A stretch of DNA of 64,000 nucleotides from Candidatus Nanoarchaeia archaeon (GTDB lineage: Archaea > Nanobdellota > Nanobdellia > SCGC-AAA011-G17 > DATDVL01): NCBI GenBank assembly GCA_035289925.1, contig DATDVR010000005.1, positions 45,692 to 109,691 on the forward strand. Direction: 5' to 3'. Each line of letters opens with the position of its first letter. The stretch's first letter is position 1. Shown here piece after piece: positions 16,026 through 25,687 of this stretch. The notes under the pieces were generated by a model, which saw nothing but the letters and a program-made list of their open reading frames with translations, was not told where the DNA came from and searched no databases. The translations under genes were made by a program, and so were the position numbers.

Positions 16026-16592
16026 CTCGATTACTTTATCATTTATTAAATCTAAAACTCTTCTAAGTAGAACATTACTTATATCAAAATGGCAAACACC
16101 ATTACCTTCTTTAGTTAGATTGTGATTATAATCTCTTACTACAAACATTTCAATTGGGAACTCTAAATTATTAGACCAATATTTTTTAACAATTTCAGGA
16201 TCATTTTTAAAGTGATGAATTTGAAAACACCTACCTTTTATTTCATCTTTCAATAGCAAACCTGCCTTTTCTATTTCAGTAAATACTTTTTTTAAAAACA
16301 ATGGCTTTTTATTAGTTATATTAAATCTATAGTAAGCCTTATTCTTTATACTACTCAACCCTTCTGCTTTAAAGAAGCCAAGAACCCAACAGAAACTAGG
16401 GGTTAAATAAATATATCTTGGAAATATTTTTTGAAATTTTCTTTTAGTGATATGGTTTGTTGCTATATAGTAGATTAAAATTTTGTTTCTTGATAGAATC
16501 TCACCTTCTAATTTATATTGCCTTCCTGTTGACCAATTTGGATAAGTATATTTATCTTTTATCAATTCTAATAAGTCAATTTTTTGAGGCAT
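16023..16592 (-). CDS. free-standing LAGLIDADG-like protein (single motif)
   Basis: WVLGFFKAEGLSS fits the LAGLIDADG motif, with Glu at the catalytic acidic position. It is followed by the typical 'f.I....k..l..v...i...g' segment. TTTATAAA lies 23 nt upstream of the ATG. Confidence 0.45.
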   Translation of the reverse strand: MPQKIDLLELIKDKYTYPNWSTGRQYKLEGEILSRNKILIYYIATNHITKRKFQKIFPRYIYLTPSFCWVLGFFKAEGLSSIKNKAYYRFNITNKKPLFLKKVFTEIEKAGLLLKDEIKGRCFQIHHFKNDPEIVKKYWSNNLEFPIEMFVVRDYNHNLTKEGNGVCHFDISNVLLRRVLDLINDKVIE

Positions 16593-16754
16593 AAATATTA
16601 AAAAGCAACTTTTCTTTATAAACCTTCACAGGGCGGTTGTCGCATGTCCATAATAATTTCCGAAACCACCGAAAGATTTACGGAAAATGGTTCGTATAAA
16701 ACATAAAAAACTAACATAGAAATCTTTTTAAAGCCTTAATCTAAAATTTAAACA

Positions 16755-17507
16755 ATGAATGTGTGGGGATACTCAATAATTAGTGTCGTAATAATAAGTC
16801 TGCTTTCTTTCATAGGAATTTTTACATTAGGAATAAAGATTAACCAGCTAAACAAAATCTTGCTCTACTTGGTCAGCTTCGCAGCAGGAGCTTTGTTAGG
16901 AGATGTTTTTTTCCATCTAATGCCAGAAATTACTGAAGAAATTGGCTTTACAATAAAAGTTTCATTGTACATACTAGCAGGAATAGGAGTTTCATTCATT
17001 GTTGAAAAAATAGTAAGATGGAGACATTGCCATGTTCATGAAGCAGCACATCAGCACAAAGTACATCCTTTTGCAGTCATGAATTTATTTGGAGATTCTG
17101 TGCACAACTTCATTGATGGAATGATTATTGCTGCAGGATACTTGACAAGCGTTCCAGTAGGAATTGCAACAACCCTGGCAGTTTTTTTGCACGAAATACC
17201 TCAGGAGATAGGGGATTTTGCAATACTTTTACACGGCGGATTTTCAAAAACAAAAGCATTGTTTTATAATTTTATAACAGCATTGACAGCAGTTCTTGGA
17301 GCTATAATTGTTCTTCTCTTAAACCAAAAAATAGCAGGATTATCTGTTTTCTTCAATGCTTTTGCAGTCGGCGGATTTATTTATATTGCAGGTGCAGACT
17401 TGATACCTGAGATGCACAAGGAAGTTTCAGCAAGAAAATCATTGATGCAGTTTATGTTTCTAGTTTTAGGAGTTGCTGTTATGGCAGTTTTGTTGCTGTT
17501 AGAGTAA
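16755..17507 (+). CDS. ZIP-family divalent metal (Zn) transporter
   Basis: Polytopic, with a His-rich loop (HCHVHEAAHQHKVH) and the signature HEIPQEIGDFAILL. Confidence 0.85.
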   Translation: MNVWGYSIISVVIISLLSFIGIFTLGIKINQLNKILLYLVSFAAGALLGDVFFHLMPEITEEIGFTIKVSLYILAGIGVSFIVEKIVRWRHCHVHEAAHQHKVHPFAVMNLFGDSVHNFIDGMIIAAGYLTSVPVGIATTLAVFLHEIPQEIGDFAILLHGGFSKTKALFYNFITALTAVLGAIIVLLLNQKIAGLSVFFNAFAVGGFIYIAGADLIPEMHKEVSARKSLMQFMFLVLGVAVMAVLLLLE

Positions 17508-17539
17508 GTTATTTAAACAATCAAAAGTTAGAAATTTAT

Positions 17540-17857
17540 ATGGGAAATCCTTTTTTATTGCAAGGTTGTCTAAGACTAGATTTAAAAGACATACCAAAAC
17601 CACTTGAAATAGGAAAAAAATATAAATTTTACAAAGAAGGGCATAGACTATATATGATTAAAGTTCCAATGGATATATGGACTTCTGATTGGAAAGCGCT
17701 AGGAAGATGTGTAGTTTTAGAATATACGGTGGGTAAAGGCAAGACTGAGGGGACTTTTGTTGTGGTACAAATTTTCGACAAAAAACAATCTGATGAGGTA
17801 ACAAAGACTTATGTAGCTGATTTAGAAGTTGAAAAAATATTAAAAAACTTAGAATGA
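17540..17857 (+). CDS. hypothetical protein
   Basis: ORF only. Confidence 0.4.
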   Translation: MGNPFLLQGCLRLDLKDIPKPLEIGKKYKFYKEGHRLYMIKVPMDIWTSDWKALGRCVVLEYTVGKGKTEGTFVVVQIFDKKQSDEVTKTYVADLEVEKILKNLE

Positions 17858-17858
17858 T

Positions 17859-18260
17859 CTATACTAAACTCAATCCAGTTATCCTTGAAAAATCTTTAAT
17901 ATTATAAGTTTTTACAGAAAAATTGTTTTTAAGAGCTGTTACACCAATCAACAAATCTTTAAGCTCCATCATTTTTCCATTCTTCTCTAATTTAGCTGCC
18001 ATCTCTCCAGCTTTTATAGCCACTTCATCATCAGGCAGCAATATCTCTACTTTTTGCTTTAGAAATTCTATAGCTAAAATATCTTTGATCTTGCCAAGCT
18101 TGAAAGCTCCATAATAAAGCTCAAAAAGATTAATTGAAGTAGTAGCCAAAGAAGAAAAATTCTCTATTTTATTTATAAAGTCAACTTCTTCCTTCCTATT
18201 TCTCAATAAATTAACAAGAAAATCAGTATCTAAACATATCCTATCTTCCAATTTCTCCAC
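17859..18260 (-). CDS. vapC: PIN-domain toxin (VapC-like)
   Basis: ICLDTDFLVNLL is an N-terminal acidic PIN motif. The protein is ~130 aa and the downstream acidic residues fit. Confidence 0.8.
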   Translation of the reverse strand: MEKLEDRICLDTDFLVNLLRNRKEEVDFINKIENFSSLATTSINLFELYYGAFKLGKIKDILAIEFLKQKVEILLPDDEVAIKAGEMAAKLEKNGKMMELKDLLIGVTALKNNFSVKTYNIKDFSRITGLSLV

Positions 18261-18469
18261 CCTTTTCTTATATCTTTAAGCAATTTTCTAGCTTGCTTAT
18301 CACTTATATCCCAAGCACCAGCTAGATCACTTAACTTACCAGAAGACCTTAATTTAGATATAGCTTCATCTATAGATATACTTCTTTTTTCTTCTATTTG
18401 CACTTTTCCAGCAATCTCGCATAACCATTCATAGTTTTGCTTGCTTATCTTAACAGTTTTGGCTTCCAT
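18230..18469 (-). CDS. vapB: VapB-type antitoxin
   Basis: A small protein directly upstream of the PIN gene and overlapping it. It carries the archaeal antitoxin pattern (TVKISKQNYEWL...SIDEAISKL...LAGAW). Confidence 0.6.
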   Translation of the reverse strand: MEAKTVKISKQNYEWLCEIAGKVQIEEKRSISIDEAISKLRSSGKLSDLAGAWDISDKQARKLLKDIRKGWRNWKIGYV

Positions 18470-18535
18470 AGTTACTTAGTGGTAAAAGTAGTTTATAAAC
18501 TTTTCTATTCAAAATTCGCAAATCTTCTAGAATAA

Positions 18536-19699
18536 TTAAAAATTCTTCAGCTCTGCCTTCTTCAAAGCATCTTCAATCAATTTTTCATCTTCAATCTTTG
18601 CTTCAAAAGACTCAATTGTCTTCAAATCAGACTTTGTTGCTGGATGCTCTGCCACAAACAAAGAGCAGCAGTCTGAGTAAGGCATAATAGAGATATCGTA
18701 AGTTCCTAATTTTTTTGATTCTCTTATAACATCAACCTTGTCTTCGCCCATCAAAGGAGCTAAAACAGGATAAGAAGTTGCTGAATAAATGACTGAAATA
18801 TTGTCCAAAGTCTGAGAAGCTACTTGTGCCAATGAATCGCCAGTAACAAATGCCTTGCAGCCTTCTTTCTTCAAAATTTCTTCTGCAATTCTTAACATGT
18901 ATCTCCTGTAAACTATCATTCTGTATTCACCAGGAACTTTTTTAATGATTTCATGCTGCAAATCCTTGAAAGGAATCAAGAACAACTTAGCTTGGCCTTG
19001 ATATTCTGCTATTTTTTTTACTAATAATTCTACTTTTTCCTTTACTGCGTCCTTTGCTGTAGTGAAATTGTAAAAATGGACAAATGTTAATTGGCAACCT
19101 CTTTTAATCATTCTTATCGAAGCTACAGGGGAATCTATTCCGCCAGAAATCAATGAAACTAATTTTCCTGAAGTAGAAGTTGGCAATCCGCCCATAGATT
19201 GCAGCTTTTCTAGATAAATATAAGCGTTCTGATTTACAACTTCAATGTTAAAATTGACATCAGGCTTTTCTAAATCAACTTTAAAGCCTAAATTTTCAAC
19301 AACGTGCGAGCCAATTATCTGATTTAATTCCAATGAAGTGTACTTGAACTCATTTTTATTTGCATTCTTAGATATAATTCTAAAAACTTTCTTATCTTGA
19401 GCCTTGGCTAATTTTAAAACAATATCTTTTATCTTTTCCAAGTCCAAAGAAGTCTTCTCTGCAAATGAGAAATTTATTATTCCTGGTATTTTTCTTAATT
19501 TTTCTGCAACCTTTTCCTGGTCTGCCTGAGAATTCAATACAATTAAAAGCCTGCCATACAATCTTTTGACAGTTTGAGCTTCTTTTAACAAGGATTTCTT
19601 GATATTTTCGCACAGGACTCTTTCATAGTATTCTCTATTGCCTTTTTTTAGTGCAATTTCTCCATAATGAACTATTATGTTTTCCATATCAAAAACCAA
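18536..19699 (-). CDS. thiI: tRNA 4-thiouridine synthase ThiI (THUMP + PP-loop, no rhodanese domain)
   Basis: HYGEIALKKGNR, the PP-loop SGGIDSPVA, and TGDSLAQVASQT. Confidence 0.9.
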   Translation of the reverse strand: MVFDMENIIVHYGEIALKKGNREYYERVLCENIKKSLLKEAQTVKRLYGRLLIVLNSQADQEKVAEKLRKIPGIINFSFAEKTSLDLEKIKDIVLKLAKAQDKKVFRIISKNANKNEFKYTSLELNQIIGSHVVENLGFKVDLEKPDVNFNIEVVNQNAYIYLEKLQSMGGLPTSTSGKLVSLISGGIDSPVASIRMIKRGCQLTFVHFYNFTTAKDAVKEKVELLVKKIAEYQGQAKLFLIPFKDLQHEIIKKVPGEYRMIVYRRYMLRIAEEILKKEGCKAFVTGDSLAQVASQTLDNISVIYSATSYPVLAPLMGEDKVDVIRESKKLGTYDISIMPYSDCCSLFVAEHPATKSDLKTIESFEAKIEDEKLIEDALKKAELKNF

Positions 19700-20096
19700 A
19701 TACTTTTATTAAATCAGTAGTAGAGAAAACTTTTACTTTGGATTGTAGTTTTAAATTTTTATCATTTGACCATAAAGGATAATTCAACTTTAAAGCAAGA
19801 GCCATGAATGGAATGTCTTCAGGATGTGTAACTAATTCTTTTGCCTTTTCTTTAAATTCCTTGAAATCTTCTTTAGATATTATTTTTATATTTAATAGAA
19901 ATATACTTATTAGTTGATTGAAACTTTGTTCATCAATTTCAGCTCTTAATATAATCTCTTCTTTATTATTTAGGGTCTCTTCAATGATATTTTCTGGTGC
20001 GTATAAAGTTATCCCTGGTAAGCAAATTATTTCCCTAGATTTTCCATTGCTAATTAGTGAAGAAATCAAACAATTAGTATCTACAATTAAATTCAT
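19689..20096 (-). CDS. vapC: PIN-domain protein (VapC-like)
   Basis: MNLIVDTNCLISSL... and ...PEDIPFMALA are PIN-like. The 3' end overlaps the thiI start by 11 nt. Confidence 0.7.
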   Translation of the reverse strand: MNLIVDTNCLISSLISNGKSREIICLPGITLYAPENIIEETLNNKEEIILRAEIDEQSFNQLISIFLLNIKIISKEDFKEFKEKAKELVTHPEDIPFMALALKLNYPLWSNDKNLKLQSKVKVFSTTDLIKVFGF

Positions 20097-20327
20097 TTAC
20101 CATCCCTGCGCTTGATATTTCTTCCACATGGATTTTTTTATCTTATTCCCTATTTCAAAAGCATCTTTTTCTGTCAGCTTTGACTTTGCTGCAATTGCAT
20201 TTAAAACTGCTAATTGCCCTACTTTAATTCTGATAGCTTCCCTTGCTACTTCAGACCAATTAATAAATTTGGACTTGTCCATTTCTTTTTTTAGATCTTC
20301 TGGCACTGATAAAGTTATAGTTGGCAT
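20097..20327 (-). CDS. antitoxin-like small protein (RHH/VapB-type)
   Basis: PTITLSVPEDLKKEMDK...NWSEVAREAIR is a typical archaeal antitoxin N-terminus. It abuts the PIN gene with no gap. Confidence 0.6.
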   Translation of the reverse strand: MPTITLSVPEDLKKEMDKSKFINWSEVAREAIRIKVGQLAVLNAIAAKSKLTEKDAFEIGNKIKKSMWKKYQAQGW

Positions 20328-20437
20328 TTTTACCTCCGATATTTATTATATTTAAAACTGTGTAAATATTTAATCTATATAAATCTTTCTATTTTGAAAT
20401 TAAGAAGTTTTAAAAACGTTGTTAATAATAAGATTTT

Positions 20438-21376
20438 ATGAAAGAATTTCCTAGGTTAAAGAATAGGCTGATATTGGCGCCAATGGAAGAAGTTTCAGGA
20501 CTGCCCTTCAGATTGCTCTGCAGAAGATATGGAGCTGCTTTAACTTACACTGAAATGGTTTCAAGCCATGGAGTTAGAAATGATAATAAATCTACTTTAA
20601 AGCTTATTGAAACAAATGAAGAAGACAAGCCTGTAGGAATCCAGTTTTGCGGGCAATTAAGCAATGTAATATTAGAAGCTGCCAAAAAAGTTGAGAAAAA
20701 TTTTGACTTAATAGACATAAATATGGGATGCCCCAGCCCAAACATAATAAAACAAGGAGCAGGCTCTGCATTGTTAAAAAGGAAAAACAAGATTAAAGAA
20801 ATTATAAAGACTTTATCTAGTAATTTAAGCATCCCAGTAACTGCTAAAATTAGATCAGGATATTCTAAAGATGAGGCTGTTGAACTTGCAAAAGTAATTG
20901 AGAAAGCTGGAGCGGCTGCGGTTGCAATACATGCTAGATTAACAATACACAAAAGTAGTGTTAAAGCTGACTGGTCTAAAATAAAAAAAGTCAAAGAAAA
21001 TGTTTCTATTCCTGTAATTGGCAATGGGGATGTTTTTACAGCTAAAGATGCTGAAGAGATGCTGAAACACTGCGACTATGCCATGATTGCAAGAGGAGCT
21101 ATAAGAAATCCTATGATATTCAAGGAAATATTGCATTATTTTAAAACTGGAGAAACGCTAAAAATAAAACCTGAAGATAAAATTGACATGTTTTTTGATT
21201 ATCATAAATTGACAAAGAAATATCCTTATGGCGGCATTGTAATTCTAAGAAAAAGAGCTCAAGACTTTACTCATGGATTGATTAATTCAACTAAAATAAG
21301 AAATAAGATAACATATGTAAAGACAGAGGAAGAGCTTCTAGATTTAATGGAAAAATATAAGAAATCTCTAGTATAG
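20438..21376 (+). CDS. tRNA-dihydrouridine synthase (Dus family, TIM barrel)
   Basis: LAPMEEVSGLPFR, IDINMGCPSP and the AIHARL/IGNGD motifs. Confidence 0.85.
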   Translation: MKEFPRLKNRLILAPMEEVSGLPFRLLCRRYGAALTYTEMVSSHGVRNDNKSTLKLIETNEEDKPVGIQFCGQLSNVILEAAKKVEKNFDLIDINMGCPSPNIIKQGAGSALLKRKNKIKEIIKTLSSNLSIPVTAKIRSGYSKDEAVELAKVIEKAGAAAVAIHARLTIHKSSVKADWSKIKKVKENVSIPVIGNGDVFTAKDAEEMLKHCDYAMIARGAIRNPMIFKEILHYFKTGETLKIKPEDKIDMFFDYHKLTKKYPYGGIVILRKRAQDFTHGLINSTKIRNKITYVKTEEELLDLMEKYKKSLV

Positions 21377-21454
21377 ATGTTACTTATTAGTGATAATAAA
21401 TAGAAGGGTTTATAAAGGTAAATTACTCGATATAGGCATAGTAAGAGGATTAAA

Positions 21455-22321
21455 ATGCAAATGCAGCAAAGTATTGGAATGAGATTGGAACAGAGGTTAG
21501 AGTTAAAACCTACAAATCCACATGGTCCTATTAAAAATCCAAGAATTACTAAGATGGCTTTTGAAGGAGAACTAGATGAGCCATTTTCTTTAGAAGAAAC
21601 AATAAATGATAGATGTTATACAACAAAAATAGCATACTCTGTAGAAAGGGAATTGCTGAAAAGATGGAAATATGCTGGTGGATGGGAGAAATTTTTAGAT
21701 TCTCCTTTATTAGCTCATGCAGATGCTGCAATAGTTCTAGCGGAGGATTATGATGCTGTTGTAGGTATAAAAGAAGCTGGATTAGCCTATGCAGACATAT
21801 TTAGAATAATGGGTTTTCCAGTTGAAGAGATAGATTTTTCGCATCATAAAAAAAATATGACTTGGCCAGTGATGTCTAAAGAAAGCATAGAAAAATTAAA
21901 AGACAAAGAAGGAGTAATTTTAGTAGATATTGATGTAGTTACTGGAAAAAGTGTAAAAACGGTTTATGATTTCTTAACATCAAATGGAATCAAAGTAAAA
22001 GCACTATATTTGGGATTATCAAAGTGGTCTGGCATGAAAATGAAAACAACTAGTGCATGCGGATATAGTTGGAAAGAACCTTCTTTAGGACAGAAAGGAA
22101 TTGGTTTTAAAGGATTTTGGAAAAAAGCTGAAGGTGGATTAGTAGTAATGTCGAAAAGGGAAGCATATCAAGAAAATATTATACCTACTGGATTAGTAGT
22201 GTATGGATCAAATGCCAAACTGGACGCGCCAAATCACCATTGCAAAGCGATAGATCGCAAAGCAATGAAATCAGCTGCAAAAAGAGTTGCACAACATTTA
22301 CTTAAATTGGAGAAAAAATGA
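21455..22321 (+). CDS. phosphoribosyltransferase-like protein
   Basis: A PRPP-binding-type motif GVILVDIDVVTGKSV after a hydrophobic strand. The remainder is not recognised. Confidence 0.45.
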   Translation: MQMQQSIGMRLEQRLELKPTNPHGPIKNPRITKMAFEGELDEPFSLEETINDRCYTTKIAYSVERELLKRWKYAGGWEKFLDSPLLAHADAAIVLAEDYDAVVGIKEAGLAYADIFRIMGFPVEEIDFSHHKKNMTWPVMSKESIEKLKDKEGVILVDIDVVTGKSVKTVYDFLTSNGIKVKALYLGLSKWSGMKMKTTSACGYSWKEPSLGQKGIGFKGFWKKAEGGLVVMSKREAYQENIIPTGLVVYGSNAKLDAPNHHCKAIDRKAMKSAAKRVAQHLLKLEKK

Positions 22322-23502
22322 CTGATAAAATATTACTTTCAACAGATATTGGATCTGATGTAGATGATGCTCTAGCTTTGCTTACAATGCTAAATTCTGG
22401 GATGAATTTGAGAGCAATTTATACTACAAATGGGGACGTTAACTCAAGAAGTTATATTGCAAAACATATGATAAATTTATCTGGTAGAGATATTGCAGTT
22501 GCAAGGGGCGAGGCAAAACCATTGACTCATGGAAAAGATCCTTATTTTTTCTACGAAAATTGTCATATTGATGATTCTTTTGAGGATAAAGAAGAGAGCG
22601 AAATCGCTAGAGAAATTAAATATTTGCCTGTAGAAAGAGCAGGTATTGAACCAAAGGGGGTAGATGAGTTAGTTGAGAGACTAAGTAAAGAAAAACAGGT
22701 TGTATTTAGTATAGCCCCTCTTACAAATATCGCTCGAGTTATATTAGAACATCCTGAAGCTGCTAAAAACATTTTACAACTTTATGTAATGGGTTGTCGC
22801 TTTCCAACCAAAAGTTCACCAATATCTGAACTAGAACACAATTTGGGCTACGATACAGAAGCTGCAAAGATTGTTTTCAATTCCGATGTTCCAATAACCG
22901 TAGTTCCTAGCAATTTATGTGATCAATTTAGAATGCCAATCGATATTATCGGACAATTAGAAAGTGATGTTGGTAAATATGTTAAAAAAATGGCTGATGC
23001 CGCAGTAGGACTTGCTACTTGCATTAACCTTAATAGAACCCAAATAGGCAAATATCCCTTAACCGCTTTATTAACTCAAATGACTATTGTACCGCCAGAG
23101 GTTTTATTAGAATTGCCAAGAAAAGATATGGACAGATTGCTAGAAGATACACGTAAAAATATTGTTAATTTGAGTGATTTTTATTGGCCAGCAATGAATC
23201 CTGAAGAGTATATGCAGGTTTATAGAAAAATAATAGATAACCTTAAACATGCAAGTTGGAATAAAGATACATATAAGCTTGTTGCTGAAAAATTAGAAAG
23301 TTTGATTCCTAGAGATTTGTCAATATCTGATGTGTATGTCCCATATTGTTATGCCAACAGAGATAGAGTGAGAACTGTAAAGGGAAATATTGGTGTTACA
23401 AGCAGAGGAGAATCTTTTATAAGAAAGGGAAATAAACATACAATAGTTACTGAAATAGATTTCGAACACTTTAAAGAATTCTTGAGGCAAAACATTAAGT
23501 AA
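22318..23502 (+). CDS. inosine/uridine-preferring nucleoside hydrolase family protein with a long C-terminal extension
   Basis: The N-terminal Asp cluster LSTDIGSDVDDALAL is the IUNH signature. A 4-nt overlap with the PRT-like gene. Confidence 0.7.
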   Translation: MTDKILLSTDIGSDVDDALALLTMLNSGMNLRAIYTTNGDVNSRSYIAKHMINLSGRDIAVARGEAKPLTHGKDPYFFYENCHIDDSFEDKEESEIAREIKYLPVERAGIEPKGVDELVERLSKEKQVVFSIAPLTNIARVILEHPEAAKNILQLYVMGCRFPTKSSPISELEHNLGYDTEAAKIVFNSDVPITVVPSNLCDQFRMPIDIIGQLESDVGKYVKKMADAAVGLATCINLNRTQIGKYPLTALLTQMTIVPPEVLLELPRKDMDRLLEDTRKNIVNLSDFYWPAMNPEEYMQVYRKIIDNLKHASWNKDTYKLVAEKLESLIPRDLSISDVYVPYCYANRDRVRTVKGNIGVTSRGESFIRKGNKHTIVTEIDFEHFKEFLRQNIK

Positions 23503-23597
23503 TCTTTAAATCTTCCGGTAATTAAGACAAACTGCCTGTGAAAGTGATAGTTTCAGCTATAGAAACCTTTAAATATAAGGTTACCTATTAGGTAACT

Positions 23598-24200
23598 ATG
23601 TATAACGAGATTCCAAACTATGGATTAAGAGCCTATGCATTATTTTTTTCAAGGCATGGCTTGAAGGAAGAGTTTACACAGTCAGACTTAGATTGGATAG
23701 TTGGGCAAAGCATGAGAAAAAAAATCTTCTCCTTATTATTGAATAATGGGTGGATAAAAAAATCTTCTCCTAATTCATACAAATGCATAAACCCAGAAAT
23801 AATCTTAAAAGGCTTATTGGAGTTTAAGGTTCCAAGGATAATCAAGGAAGCCAAGAAGCCTTATGCATTTACAGGATTGTCTGCTGTTGAAATATGGTCA
23901 GACTACTCATATATCCAAAGAGGAAGAGAAAAATCCCCCTATTACATAAAAATTTTAAAGAGAGATTTCAAGTATTGGAGAAACTTCTTTAATCATTACA
24001 GAATTCCTAATTATGTTAATGCTGGTTCAACAATTGGCGAATTTATCATATTAGAACCTGTTGAAAAAATGGATTTTACTGAAAAAGACGGAATAAAAGT
24101 TGAAACATTAAAAGAAACTGAAAGAATAGCAAAAGCAAATAGTTTTTATGCCTATCCTTATAATTATATAAAGGAGAAATATGGAACAATTACAGCTTAG
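23598..24200 (+). CDS. AbiEi-like wHTH antitoxin/regulator candidate
   Basis: N-terminal wHTH-like FTQSDLDWIVGQSMRKKIFSLLLNNGWIKK..NSYKCI. A 20-nt overlap with the downstream nucleotidyltransferase-like gene. Confidence 0.4.
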   Translation: MYNEIPNYGLRAYALFFSRHGLKEEFTQSDLDWIVGQSMRKKIFSLLLNNGWIKKSSPNSYKCINPEIILKGLLEFKVPRIIKEAKKPYAFTGLSAVEIWSDYSYIQRGREKSPYYIKILKRDFKYWRNFFNHYRIPNYVNAGSTIGEFIILEPVEKMDFTEKDGIKVETLKETERIAKANSFYAYPYNYIKEKYGTITA

Positions 24201-24864
24201 AGAAAAAGAAATATTCGAGATGTTGAAAAAAATAAAGAAGCGAAAATTTGTAGTTATCGGAGGATATGCAGTTAATGCTTATACATTACCCAGATTTTCT
24301 GTCGACTGTGATATAGTAATAAAAGACAATGATGAATTGAAAAATATAGAGAATAATTTATATTATTTGGGTTATAAAAAAGTAAAAAATGCTTCTGAAA
24401 CTCCTTATGATGGCAAATTTGAGAGATATGAAAAAGAACTCGCGTCAAGCTTCAAAGTTAGTGTTGATATTCTCATAGGAGAAATCTTTGATAGGCAGAC
24501 AAATGCTAAATTCTCTGCAGAATGGGTTTTTAGCAACTCAAAAATAAGGAATCTAAGAGGCAAAACCATTGAAGAAGAACTAAAAATTAATATTATAAAC
24601 GTTGAAGCATTATTTACAATGAAGCTTATCAGCTGCAGATCAACAGATATCAGGGATCTTTTTCTTTTAGTTAACTTGATAAAGGATAAAGCTTGGATTA
24701 AAAAAGAAGTCTCACAAAGATATGACTTCAAGGATAGACTTTCAAGATTAATTAATGAAATAAAGTCTAAGCAGTTCAAAGATGGTCTACAAGGAGTCTT
24801 CGGATTAATTGATGAAAAAGTATTTGAAAGAAATAAGAGCATGATATTAGAGCTAGAAAAATAA
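24181..24864 (+). CDS. AbiEii/AbiGii-like nucleotidyltransferase toxin candidate
   Basis: FVVIGGYAVNAYTLPRFSVDCDIVI resembles the 'lkGGtal......R.S.DiDf' motif of DUF1814/AbiEii. Confidence 0.5.
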   Translation: MEQLQLREKEIFEMLKKIKKRKFVVIGGYAVNAYTLPRFSVDCDIVIKDNDELKNIENNLYYLGYKKVKNASETPYDGKFERYEKELASSFKVSVDILIGEIFDRQTNAKFSAEWVFSNSKIRNLRGKTIEEELKINIINVEALFTMKLISCRSTDIRDLFLLVNLIKDKAWIKKEVSQRYDFKDRLSRLINEIKSKQFKDGLQGVFGLIDEKVFERNKSMILELEK

Positions 24865-25105
24865 TAGATATCCAAAATTTTTGTAAGGGAATTTTATACC
24901 ATGTAAATTTTACTTAACAATTGTTAAAAATATTTAACAAAAACTGTAAATCTTACAATAATAAAGACAACTGCCTGTGAAGGTTTATAAATACTAAAAA
25001 TTCTAAATTAATTATGTCAAAGCTAATAGCGGCTGTTGATGACTCTTAATATACTCTAATAAGGAAAAGTATTTAAATAAGTAAATATTTACACAATTGA
25101 GTAAA

Positions 25106-25687
25106 ATGTTACACAATAAATACTTTTGGGTATTAGAACAATTTTTAGGTAATTATAACAAGCAAATATACGGGAGAGAGCTGGTGGGTAAAATACAATT
25201 AAGTCAAAAAGCTATAGCTCTTACGCTTGATGAACTAGAAAAGCAGGGTATTCTTAAGTCTAGAAGGCAAGCAAATTTGAAGTATTTTAGTTTAAATATC
25301 AAGAATCAAGAAGTTGCTGAATTGTTAATTACTACTGAATTGATTAAAAAGATAAATTTCCTAAAAAAACACAGAAAGTTAGCCAATATATTCAAGCAAG
25401 ATAATAGGATTGTTGGGATTTTTGGCAGCTATGCTAGGGGGCAAGAAACAGAAAACTCTGATGTTGATCTATTTATTATAGGTAAGAAGGCTAAACAAGA
25501 TTATAACAGTATTGGAAAATTATTTGATGTAGATATAAGCATTAAATATTTTACAGAAAAACAATTCAATATTTTAATCAAAGAAAAAAATAATTTATGC
25601 AGAGAAATAATAGAGAATCATGTACTAATTTTTGGAATTGAAAACTTTATCAATACTGTCTGGAGGGATTATTATGGTTTCTATTGA
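25106..25687 (+). CDS. wHTH-fused minimal nucleotidyltransferase (MNT)
   Basis: GIFGSYARGQETENSDVDLFIIG is the canonical GSxxRGx(n)DxD motif. The start is trimmed to ATG 25106. Confidence 0.75.
   Translation: MLHNKYFWVLEQFLGNYNKQIYGRELVGKIQLSQKAIALTLDELEKQGILKSRRQANLKYFSLNIKNQEVAELLITTELIKKINFLKKHRKLANIFKQDNRIVGIFGSYARGQETENSDVDLFIIGKKAKQDYNSIGKLFDVDISIKYFTEKQFNILIKEKNNLCREIIENHVLIFGIENFINTVWRDYYGFY

Noticed and set aside
20545-21136. 159-aa and 65-aa minus-strand ORFs
   Set aside because: They are antisense to the well-supported Dus-family gene and have a hydrophobic low-complexity translation typical of shadow ORFs.
21455-21515. N-terminus MQMQQSIGMRLEQRLELKP, which resembles sigma-54 region I
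   Set aside because: The similarity is short and low-complexity (Q/L-rich), the context is archaeal, and the rest of the protein is PRT-like. It is most likely chance.
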